DNA of 58,178 bases, counting the filler, from Dirinaria sp. TL-2023a (lineage: Eukaryota): the NCBI GenBank assembly GCA_051941275.1. It is 6 parts of 6 records of this genome, joined end to end, with 100 filler letters (N's around TTAATTAATTAA, not from the genome) between each part and the next. Parts side by side here need not be neighbours in the genome. Positions count along the whole stretch, not along the records: positions 19,465 to 29,083 come from JAVEBF010001028.1; positions 29,184 to 38,790 come from JAVEBF010001029.1; 4 more parts are not named here. One strand, 5' to 3'. Every line of letters starts with the position of its first letter. The stretch's first letter is position 1. The notes beneath the pieces are model-generated. The model was not told where the DNA came from, searched no databases, and saw only the letters and a list, made by a program, of their open reading frames with translations. The position numbers and the translations under genes were made by a program. This document shows positions 23,601 to 34,011 of this stretch, in pieces.

Positions 23601-24724
23601 GCGCGGCTGAGAATCCCATGGGATAGGAGTGTTTTGGGCGCTGCGCGCATGGCGGTCCTTGGCTTCGTTGTTTTGCGATACTGACCGAACAATGCTACTC
23701 AATTTCTCTATTGAATATTAGAAAAATATACTTCGAAATAAATTAGAATATGTAACGAACCTAAGTCCAATACGTTCCCACCGCGACTTGTGTCCAACCC
23801 TAAGGGTGCGTTACACGTGGGGCAAAACTGGGAATCGAATTCTTTGATATATTCATAGAAGCATGCTTCATGCGATACATGACCACAGGAAAATTGCAGA
23901 ATTCTTTCGCCACGTAATGTGTGTTCCAAAGGTTCTTCGCATACCGCGCATTCGCTTCCGATGAATGTTCTCTCTCGTCGGGTCCTCGACCGCTCGAGTT
24001 CAAGCATGCCCGCCATGGGACGGCCGGAGCGCCAGTTGAAAGAGGTTGCGGTTCCGTTGCTGTAGACAGGATTCGGGGTACGGGTTGCTTGTTGAGCTGC
24101 GATGCGATTAAGGAGGCTCTTGCCCTTCGGCTTTGGTTTATAGGGCTTATTGCCGTCGATACGACCCTCAGGTGCTGGGGGAGGGTGAGGGCGCCCGGAG
24201 GCAGAATGTGTGGAGAGGGCTGAGATTTGGCGATTAAAATGTGGTCGTGAGGGCGGGGCTCCGGCGGTGCTTTCGGAGTGAAATGGGGGACGGGTAAGTG
24301 CTTGCGAAGAATTATCTAGTGTACAACGAGAGATTGTCAGCATGACTGTCCACAAAGCATTATTGTCTAGCACCTGTTTCGGCTATACGATAGACTAGCA
24401 GAGCAAAATTGCCAGGGTGTTGATGATGTTCTGGACGAATTGGTGGTCTGGCAACATTAATGTAATGGGCCGACCAGCTCGTGAACTCGTCAAGTCGTCA
24501 AGAAATGTGTCCGAGAGCACCGTCCATGAACTTTGCAGTAGGGCGAATGCGATATTGGGTCAAGGGAATGACATACTTCGTCGATTCACAGGCCTTTCAG
24601 CAGCTTTCCGCGGCAGAAGACCGAGCTCGCTCAAGTTGACGACTTTTTGAATCTGAGTGTTGCTTCCTTGCCTAGAGAAGTTGCCGGGACGCTGAAGGTG
24701 TGATTGGTTGATGTTCGACGACAT
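20608..24724 (-). CDS. RING-H2 / PH / von Willebrand A protein (Far1/Ste5-like scaffold); exons 24724-24577, 24315-23761, 23707-23005, 22950-22724, 22668-21951, 21877-21573, 21464-20608
   Basis: RING CAVCEEPL..FSCGHVSHEACF..CPTC, PH-like region (FGRLRLYG..LECFLFAEMLICVK) and vWA (PLDIVVVIPVSSSMQGLK..DRMGLVTF..LLISD..IHSFGLG). All six introns have GT donors and YAG acceptors and preserve frame. The first exon is the least certain; an alternative start is ATG 24016. Confidence 0.88.
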
Positions 24725-24803
24725 GGACAGGAGCGACAGGAATATCTGTTAGGTGATTGTACATGCGTCCAGTGAGGGCATGCAGGCGGAGAGGGGGGAC
24801 GTC

Positions 24804-24829
24804 AGGTAAGGTAAGGTAAGGTAAGTAAG
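24804..24829. repeat. (AGGTA)n pentamer run about 80-105 nt upstream of the RING-vWA start codon
   Basis: aggtaaggtaaggtaaggtaagtaag; a degenerate related run occurs at about 26713-26758. Confidence 0.8.
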
Positions 24830-25602
24830 CAGTAATCTCTCTGCAGCAGCGCACCAGCAGGAAGAACGCCAACCGCAATGGTAACACGTCTTTTCCCACT
24901 AGAGCCCTCGCAGCAAGAGATTCTGACCTTACTCGTGTAAGACGTGCGACCCTCGATCCTTGTTGGCCCTCGGCACTTTCGGACTGGAAACTAAAATGGG
25001 ACTGTCCTCAAAGTGCCAGATGACCGTTCGATGATTCGATCAAGTGCAGACAAGACCCAGGGGAAGGTTTCCATTCGTTTCGGGGGATATCGCAGCAAAA
25101 CCCAAATTCAGTCGGACGACAACTGCTTTTTGTCGCTTTTAGTCCACCTTCCTTTCCAGCTACCTAAAGATGCCTTAATCCAGGTGGCTGCACTACCACG
25201 ACTACTTGATCTCACACGCATGAAGCTATGCTGTCCTATCCTGGCAGTCGACCTGCTGCAATTGGCTTTGGCTCTAGCAGACATGCGCGCTGGTACCAGC
25301 GTGTTAGCGCGAGCGCAGGCATTTAATGAGGGGGCAGGGTGCGCCGCCGGTGGCTACCACTGTTAGGCGTGGGCCCTGGATTTGGGATGGTTTTGGGGGT
25401 CACTCCGATTGGAGGGATCTATGAAGAATCTCTCTGAACCCCGTCGATAGCCAGGCAAAGAGCCAAAGACTGATCGGCAAGCGTGCTTGTCGAGTCTGTT
25501 TCGAAAGCTGAAAATCAACGACCCGGAGCAGAAGGGACTTCGCAATCATCATTTTGGTGACTCTTGCCGGCCGCGCTTTTTCGCAAGGCAAATTTCGCTG
25601 TG

Positions 25603-25603
<1 letters not shown>

Positions 25604-25636
<33 letters not shown>
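25604..25636. repeat. (GCT)11 microsatellite
   Basis: Perfect trinucleotide run in intergenic DNA. Confidence 0.9.
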
Positions 25637-25637
<1 letters not shown>

Positions 25638-28600
25638 AACAGTCACGCATGCATCGCATGTCTGCGCCATGTGCTGTGAGACGTGACGCAAAGCGGTAAA
25701 AATACACCCAGCTACTCCAATCCTTTTGATCCGGCTGATTGCACCATGGCTGCGACAGGATCAGCTCACTCGACTCCCTTACTCCCGTACCCACCTCCCT
25801 CAATAACAGAGACATGAAACCTGGCCCAAGTTCGCGGAGCGTGTGTCAAACCCCTGGGAAATTGTCACCATGCCGCATGGCGTGTGCCGCTTGCATCATC
25901 TCTTGGTAGTGCTGGGGGATCGTCACTTTAGCAATGAGGAGCCGCTGACTCTACAGTAATTTTGCAGATACCCAGGAACTGTTGATAATAATGATGCTTT
26001 CAACGGGCAGACGTCCGAGTACCGACGCATTCAGACACGCAGAGAGACACACACGATGCGAGGATGCTAACTCAGAGAAGATGGCATGGACCGCCGTAGA
26101 GTACTGCCACCACTGCAGGTTGCTTTTCCTACAGTACTGTACAATCCCGTAGTGCGGTTCGGATCGCAGCGAATACCGTCAGCTTCCATCCACACCTGGA
26201 CCAAAGAGCGGTCCTGCGCCTCAATGACATATGTATGTTTGAAGCAGCCAGATTTCTATTTTGTCGTATCTTGTGGCCGCACAGATGTATTTGCGCGCGG
26301 CTTCTTCCATTGTTGGGAATAGAGTATCTGAATCTTACATTCCCTAAAAACAGCAAGCAAATAATGGGCGCGAGAGGTGTGGAGCTGGGTTACGTTTCCT
26401 CTAAGCCAGCAATTCTGCGTCCACAGTTACAGAAATAAGGTACCCTCGTAGGTAGCTTAAGGTACGGAGTAAGGTATGGAGTATGGATGGAGGGATGGAG
26501 GGATGTTACTATTGCGTCATTTCCCTTGGCACGGAACATGGGATCAACTTACTCTCACTACGATACTCAAGATACTCCTTCGACGGAGGCGAAAAAGTTG
26601 TAGCAATAACGCATACCTCTGGCATCTCGGTATAATCTCGTTCCTGGCGGATGTATTTCGACATCCTACTCTACTCATTCAGTTCTCAGGAAGACGGTCC
26701 ATCCTTTCAGCAGTAAGGTAAGGTAGGGTCGGGTAAGGTAAGGACCGTAAGGTAAGGTGCGCGTACCTGACAGCACAACCCAATACCATTCGAGCTCGAG
26801 GCACCACAGGGAGTTGTAAGGCGGACTGGCTGGCGTATTGATCGCCGTCGTCGACCACCACCACCATCACCACCAACACCGCCACACTACTCCATACCTA
26901 CTCCCACGCTTCCCGTTCTCCACGTGCAAACAAACCCGATCCTCAACGTCATCGCACCGTCGAGACTAAGGTAAGCGAGTATCTCCCGCCAGCAGCCATC
27001 TATCTTCTTTGGGTTGCGATCAGCAGTGGAAGAGATCGGCATGGAGATGGGAAAAGTTGGCCGTGGAACCTTCCAGCGCCGTGGAAAGACCCCGCGACCA
27101 TGTCGATCACCCGGTTCCTTTCCTCGATTCCTGGCTCTAAGTTGGCGCGCAGCAAATTCCGCAATAGTGGTACAATCACATCTGCCTGCCTTAGTTTCCC
27201 CCCCAAGATCGATTATCAGTGACACCTCCCTTGCAAAGGAAGGCGGAAAGAGACTCGGAATGAAGAAGGAGCAAATTGATCTGATAACACTCCTTCTGTC
27301 GATCCCAAATCACAGAATATCAAGCTTCTAAATATGAATACCTGCCATAGGTAGGTAAGCTGTCTTTCTGAACCAGGTCGTGACCACCAACATGGACTCT
27401 GCAGCCACGCCACTCGCCCTGTACGAGCTATCACGCAGATAAAGCCTTGTTCACTTGGCAACGGAGCGGTCTGCAGCCATCACCCCTCGTCAGGCAATAC
27501 TGGGCGACCAAACGGCCAAGTGCTGCCTTCGTCTAATGGCCGATTGTGGTGAGCTGCGTTCTGTGTGCCTATCAGACCATGACAAAAAATGTTCGCGGTC
27601 ACTACACAACCATGTTGACGGTCTTCCGAGATTCGATGGTACCAATCACGTTGCTCTGACCCGTCCCGTTATCCCATGCAGCATGCGGACGGCACGGGGG
27701 GCTCCTATGCCTGAACCTTTTCAATAATCCCCGGCCCGTCTTGGTCCAATCATCACCTTTTCACTTCCCATTGCATGTTCTGCAATAGGCTCAGTAGCCT
27801 CTGCCTATCTCAAAGACCATGAAGAGCCATCTCAATTTGGTTACAACTCAGTGTAAGCAGTCCGCGGTCGTCGGGCGATGGGTCGATTTGTCACGGCTTA
27901 TGTTGCCTTGCGGCACATTCAGTCATTCCTGCTCCAACTCGGCTTGGCCGTCATTCCTTCTGCATGCGTCGGCTCCTGTTTTTTCGGATTTGGTCTCTTA
28001 CAGTCCTTGTGCATACTTGTGAGACGAGTGGATTTCGTCTATTCGCTTTTTTGTTGCAGACATATGATCTGGTCTCCACGGGATGATGGTGGTGGGCGGC
28101 ATGGGTGCGTTTAAAAGCTATTATATATCCCGCCGCCGAAAACATTATCAGGTCTGCTGAGGAGAGTCGATGGTCAAGACGCTTTTCGAGGCTTCAGTTC
28201 TCGTGGCATGCTCTTCGATCTGTGAGATTTGAATTACGTGGACTGTGCCTCATTCGTAAACCCCTCCCTGAACGACAAGCTACTGGATTTCAGAGAAAGG
28301 CATTCGCAACCCCAACATGTTGATGACTCTGTTGTAAGCGACGAAGATTGGGCTGTGACCAATCAGGGGAGTCGTAGTCCCGAAACTAACACCGTCTCAT
28401 ATCGCTCAGTCTAGCAGCTTGTCTCATTGCGAAAGGGACACAAACGCTGTACCTCGATAAGACTAATCTGTACAAGGAATCCGCTACTCTGCAATCTTCC
28501 GCTTGTGCTAAGCGAACCCGTTTCCGCTTCTCAAGGGAGGCAAAAGCCTCCGCAACTCTCCTTACCTCTTGTCGTCAAATCGACGAATGATGCCTCGCCA

Positions 28601-29083
28601 ACGGGACATCAACTCAGGTCCGGTCGTTCTTTCGAAGAGTTTTCGTCCCTGAAGTGCGCCGGCCTCATCCACCAGCCTCTTTATTCAGTTCCGCCCACCT
28701 AAGCAAGGCCTGCACTCTTGTCATCTCCCGTCAATTGTGCCCTCGCTAATTCGGCCCGCTTCGATAAGGTAGGCATCTATACTCTATAAGACCAGGAGTA
28801 CGATGGCTCCATGTTGTGCGAACTCTGAGAAGAAGAAAAAGAAAAAAAAAAAAATTGAATCAAAAAGGTGATTGAAATGAGAAGCTCATGGAGAGTTTTA
28901 TACGGCGAGCAAATGCCTGCTAGTTTGTACTTCTGAGAAAAACAAAAGCAGCAGGGTGTCAGCACTTTCCTCCGTCTATCATCACCTTTTTACCAACTTC
29001 TCAGCAAAAGCAACCCTCCCCAAAAAACCCCCTTCTTAAATCTCATAATCCATAACAACACCCTACCTTTTCCCCCTTAGCAC

Positions 29084-29183
29084 NNNNNNNNNNNNNNNNN
29101 NNNNNNNNNNNNNNNNNNNNNNNNNNNTTAATTAATTAANNNNNNNNNNNNNNNNNNNNNNNNNNNNNNNNNNNNNNNNNNNN
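29084..29183. other. Artificial contig spacer N44-TTAATTAATTAA-N44
   Basis: Same 100-nt linker. Confidence 0.97.
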
Positions 29184-29770
29184 CCTACAGTACTTGGCCT
29201 TGCTTGACGTACTCGTACTTGACTCTAGTGGCTCGCTTCGGGTGGCAATACCTTACAGCACGAGAGTATCTCATTTATGCCTTGCGAGCCTGAGAGCCTG
29301 ACAGTAGTGACAGCCAGGAGGGAATGGGCAATCACTGCGGTATCTCATGTACTGATCCAAGCTCAGTGAAATCTGGATAGCACAGGATAATGAATGTATG
29401 ATTCCAATGTACTGGTACAGGACATGTACATAGCGCACAGGTTCCGCTTCATGCATTATCGGCCATGGAATGAATGATCTCGGTCGATGGCGGGCAAACG
29501 ACGTCTCTACTGCTATCAGGGGCAATCAGAGCAACAATGCATGCCGTGTGCAGGAGAGAAAGCGTACGCATTTTGCTATCTACGTCCACATGTGAAGCAC
29601 ACCCACCCGCGTGAGAAGGTTCTCTTCTCATTGGCTTGCCAGCCTGGTATACCAACCGAGAAAATGGTCAACCACTCCAGCGCTAACATGCCCTCAACCA
29701 CAAAGGGAATTCGTCATTGCGTCGGTCTAACTATCGACATCCCGTGTCTTTCTCTCTGCCTCGACCCTTC

Positions 29771-32700
29771 CTAACCGGAGAGCCGGTTCATGTCGGATGA
29801 TGGCATCTCGTCCGGCCCCTCGAGGATTACGTTGCTGCCGGGCGCGTAGCGATGGTCGGGCTCCGATGTCCTCATCGAGCCGGTCGAGTCCGAACCGTCA
29901 TTGGGGTGGACATACACGCTGCCTCCAATCGGTGCTGATTGGATGTGGGAGCTGATGGGGAGCGAGTATTTGATCACCCCGCGGACAAGGAGCTCAAAGT
30001 CGTGAAGGATCACTTTCTCCCATCTCGCCGTTCCACCCGCTTCAGTCTTGTTGCCCGGCTTGTCAAGGCGGACTTCACCGATCGAGGAGACCGTCTGGTG
30101 TCGCATAGGCGAAGGAGCAAAGGTGAGTGGCGAGTCGAATTCGAAGATCCGCCCGAGGAGCATTGTATGGGAATCGGCCTCGGGGTCTTCGATCGGATCC
30201 GTACCTTCATCGATCCCGTCCGCGGTGTGATACTCGTGAGGGCTTTTGCGATGCTTCAATCTGTGTCTGTCGTTCTGGCGGGAAGATTCCATGTTCCCGC
30301 CGCTCCGTCCCAGCTTCCCGTCCATTTCGCCACTCCTCCAGAGCGCATCGGTCCCAACATACTTGCTCTTGGCAAAAATGTCGATCTTCAGATCGCTAAC
30401 CTGGATAGCAACGATATTTGGATTCACAGCATGTACGTGCAAGTCAAACAGCATCTCCTGCTCTGACGCAAGGACGTTCTCGATGCGCTTGATACGTACC
30501 TCGTCAAGCGGCTTTGAGCACATGACTAGGACGATGACTATGGCAGCGATGATCAAGGCCATTAGTGCTCCTGATAGCGTGTACGCAGTTACTCGGCGGC
30601 AAGCCCGATAGTCTTTCTCCTCTACAACGTAGCCATTGCGTAGAGTTCCTGGTATAGGCCTGCGGCGGTTTCGACCGGTCCGCATCGAGCCGATCAACGG
30701 GGCACGCTCATCGTCAGCTCCCTCATCATCGAGGTCGTACAGCAGAGGCTCGTCTGCCTTTTTAGAAGTGCTTGCGATCCGCACATGAGGACTCCGAGGC
30801 GTCGTAGGACGGGAGGATACCCGGGCGACGTTTCCGGTAGGCGTTCGAACTTTCACTGTTCCATGAAAAGGTGAATCGTTGTCGAAAAGTGAGGTGTGAC
30901 CGTTTCCGCTCCTTCCGTAACGCCCTATGTGGTGATGATGCGACACATTTCCTGTTCGTGAGCTATGATTAGGGCCTCGGACAGTCCCTTGGTCATTTTC
31001 GCCTTGTAGATTACTGAAAGAATTGTAAGAATTATTAGCAAACTTCATGCTCTTCTTTCCTGCTATGCTGTGATGGCCGTCCTGTCTTGCCCTCATGCCA
31101 TGTTGGTCCAGTTGGCTGGCGGTAGACGTAGCACTCGGCGTTCTAGAGTGGAAACGGTGGGGTCGTGCCGACAACGGAGGGTCGGGTGGGTTGGACTCAT
31201 AGACAAAGGTCTCTTCTGAGTCCGATGAATTTGTCTGATCCATGGCGCTGAACACCTTCTGTTCGAATATATCTGCTTTAGAAGAGGCTGTTCGCCCACG
31301 GAAAGGTGTCAGCACAGCACTTGATGGTCTGAACAATCCGTCATCTGTGAAGCTTGAGCGTAGCCCATGGCCCCTAGGTTTCTCCCTCTCGCTGCTCGGC
31401 GCCGTAGCGGACCTTGGGAGTCCAGACTCCGAGCTGCAAGGGAGAGGAAGTTCATGAGAAACAGGAGATACGGAAGGTAGATTATCAGGAGATGGTGCTC
31501 TGGAGTAAATATGATGATGATGAAAACGTCTAGATTGCAACCCACCAGTGCCAGAATTCAGCGAAGGCGCTTTCCGCACCACCTTCTTCTCCTTCTTCTT
31601 CGGCCTAATCGTTTCATTGCTCGGTTTGAGGCGAAGACTACCACCAGTGTCCGTCCTACCCGCTAAGTTGCGCTCGCCAGCCCCACCTCCAAGAGCCACT
31701 TGAGGAATGGTGCTAACTGTTTCGGTCTCCACAATCATGTTCTTTGCTGAACCTTCTTGAGCTTTGGCTTTGGACGGTAGAATTTGTGTGAGAGACTTCT
31801 TGGTTTGTATCTGCGGCTTAGCGGGGTTACTGGGAGGTGCTGACTGTGGGGCGTTCTTGGACTCGTTGATCGTTTTCACTGTCGCTTTGGGGGTGCTGCT
31901 TTCGTTGCCGCTATCTGCAGTTGAACTCGTGGTTTTCGCAAAGGCATCTTCCATTGGATTCTCCTCAATTCGCGCAGGCCGCTCCTCAGAACCTTGTTTT
32001 CCTCTGTGCTGTGAACGCCCCGTGCCTATTGCGGGTGTGGCCGGCAAGCTGCTTTCTTGAACGGTCTCTAAAGTCGGCCCATTGCCGCTGCTTCCCCTAA
32101 CAGGCGTCCGCATTCCAGAAAGCCCACTCTCGTTGCTTTCCGCGTCCGAATCCACACCAGACCTTGCAGACGACGGCGTCGCTCGCTCGAGGACAATGCT
32201 GGGGGTTGTAGGCGCCGAGTCTGCCTTCTTCGGGATAGCTAACGCAGCCTTGTTTGCATTCAAGGCTGGCGGGGGTGACCTGACTCGTGGGACGTTCCCA
32301 CCATGCTGGGCGTTCGAAGTTGCTCTTGGGCCGGGCTTTTGTATCTTTTGGGCATCACCCTTGGTATCCTGATTCACTGAGGATTGCAGCTGTGGAGTTC
32401 CGGCAACAGACAAAGCACGTTGTATCGCAGCGGCAGAAGGAATGGTTGGGATATGTGAGCCTGCAGTACCTGGGCCTCGATTGGGGCTGAAATCGGTACT
32501 GTTCTTGCGGGATCTGGTCATTCTTGAATTGGCCGAGACGGCGGACCTGGGCTGCATTCTCACAGGCGATGGATCACGAGAAGTTTTAGGAGATGTAGCG
32601 GTGGAAGAGGCAGCGGAGAGGTCGGGTGTAGTCGATGCTCGCTTCAGCGAGCCTGGGAATGTGGGAGGCGGCGGCAGTGAATCTTTGGAGTCTCCGCCAT

Positions 32701-32803
32701 TATGAGTGCTGTGACTGCTTTGTCTCTGGTCCATGTTTTCCCCCTCGGCGGGAGAAGATTCCGTTGTCGACTTCTCTGCCGAGGATGTCATCACGTCAGG
32801 CAT
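29771..32803 (-). CDS. VAC7: Vacuolar segregation protein Vac7 (Fab1/PI(3,5)P2 regulator); probable in-frame intron 31545-31288
   Basis: Motifs MIVETETVSTIPQV, LRLKPSNETIRPKK, SSKADIFE..SSDSEETFVYESNP, EGADDERAPL, a single TM helix, then NVLASEQEMLFDL..AVNPN..DIFAKS and LLGRIFEFDSPL..WEKVILHDFELLVRGVIKY. First ATG is at 32803 (the track starts at GTG 32869). Confidence 0.9.
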   Translation of the reverse strand: MPDVMTSSAEKSTTESSPAEGENMDQRQSSHSTHNGGDSKDSLPPPPTFPGSLKRASTTPDLSAASSTATSPKTSRDPSPVRMQPRSAVSANSRMTRSRKNSTDFSPNRGPGTAGSHIPTIPSAAAIQRALSVAGTPQLQSSVNQDTKGDAQKIQKPGPRATSNAQHGGNVPRVRSPPPALNANKAALAIPKKADSAPTTPSIVLERATPSSARSGVDSDAESNESGLSGMRTPVRGSSGNGPTLETVQESSLPATPAIGTGRSQHRGKQGSEERPARIEENPMEDAFAKTTSSTADSGNESSTPKATVKTINESKNAPQSAPPSNPAKPQIQTKKSLTQILPSKAKAQEGSAKNMIVETETVSTIPQVALGGGAGERNLAGRTDTGGSLRLKPSNETIRPKKKEKKVVRKAPSLNSGTGGLQSRRFHHHHIYSRAPSPDNLPSVSPVSHELPLPCSSESGLPRSATAPSSEREKPRGHGLRSSFTDDGLFRPSSAVLTPFRGRTASSKADIFEQKVFSAMDQTNSSDSEETFVYESNPPDPPLSARPHRFHSRTPSATSTASQLDQHGMRARQDGHHSIAGKKSMKFANNSYNSFSNLQGENDQGTVRGPNHSSRTGNVSHHHHIGRYGRSGNGHTSLFDNDSPFHGTVKVRTPTGNVARVSSRPTTPRSPHVRIASTSKKADEPLLYDLDDEGADDERAPLIGSMRTGRNRRRPIPGTLRNGYVVEEKDYRACRRVTAYTLSGALMALIIAAIVIVLVMCSKPLDEVRIKRIENVLASEQEMLFDLHVHAVNPNIVAIQVSDLKIDIFAKSKYVGTDALWRSGEMDGKLGRSGGNMESSRQNDRHRLKHRKSPHEYHTADGIDEGTDPIEDPEADSHTMLLGRIFEFDSPLTFAPSPMRHQTVSSIGEVRLDKPGNKTEAGGTARWEKVILHDFELLVRGVIKYSLPISSHIQSAPIGGSVYVHPNDGSDSTGSMRTSEPDHRYAPGSNVILEGPDEMPSSDMNRLSG

Positions 32804-34011
32804 CCGTACTGGTACTCGTGTCTGGCCTCCCCGGCCATCCGCGCGCAGACGAAGGGAAAGCTGGTCCACTTCAATCGAACACGGAGCAGCATTTGACCAT
32901 GGATGTAATATGATTCGAAGGATGTTGCGTTGCTAGAGGTGCTGAAGGCTGACTACACGCATGGTGCACAAGGAAGTTGCATGGTGATGGTGATGTGGCT
33001 CAGCCTGACAGGAACAAGTAAAAGACGATGGGAATCTGGAATCAGGCACGTGGCGCAAGCGTCTTGAGTTGGCCGAAGAAATGAACGAATGAAGTTCAAA
33101 GAGTCGGAGAATGGATGGGGGGCAGCGATGGGCCATTATTGGTTCGGAGTCTGGGGAGTGTGAAAATGGGCTTTGCTCGGGATTACTAAGACGGTCAGAC
33201 CGGAGGCACTATTGCCCGAGCGGTCAAGGACCGAGGCGGATTGTCAGATCACGGGACTTCGTCCGCCATAGTCTGCGCGATCCCGGCATTCCGTCTCCGT
33301 TTACCTCGACCCGTGGCTCTCGGTGCTAACCGGCCTTGGCGTTGTTTACTCTAGAACGCGTGCAGCGAATCAGGCTCCATCCCTGCAATGCAGAGGCAAC
33401 GGCAGGCAACTTACCCTACTTTACCTTAGGTAGATTTCTCATCTTCCTTCAACTAACCACAACCCAACAACTTCGATCCTTCAGCATTACTCTCTTTTTA
33501 AAATTCTCCCCGAGCTAATATTGCAGCTGCTGAAGCTGTATACATATCCAGAAAAAAAAAAAACCACCTTCCAGTACATACTAGGAGCGCCATCCGGTAT
33601 CTAGGTCGCAGCGGTCCCCAGCTTGGGGCACAAATACATTTGCTAACACAACAAATCCGCTTCAACCGGTGTGGCAAATCCCCAACGAAGCCCCCTGAAG
33701 CGGCATGTGTGAGCTGTGATTGGGAGAAAAGGCAAACGTGCTGGATGGCTTGAAGACCCTCGACTGCGAGTGCTTTGAAACAGCACACATTCCACCAGGG
33801 CATTCCTTCTCGTTTCGAAATCACGCCTGCTGCTGGCAACAAACAATTGCGTCAGCGCGCGGAACAGCGCCCGACTGAATTGCCATATCACAGACTTCGC
33901 TAGGATAGGATAGATTGCGGCGCTGCGAGCGTTCAAAACTCTGTTGATTGCATGCGCTCTGGCTCTACCAAACCTGAGATTGGGGCTTCTAACAGACCTA
34001 CCACACCTGCC

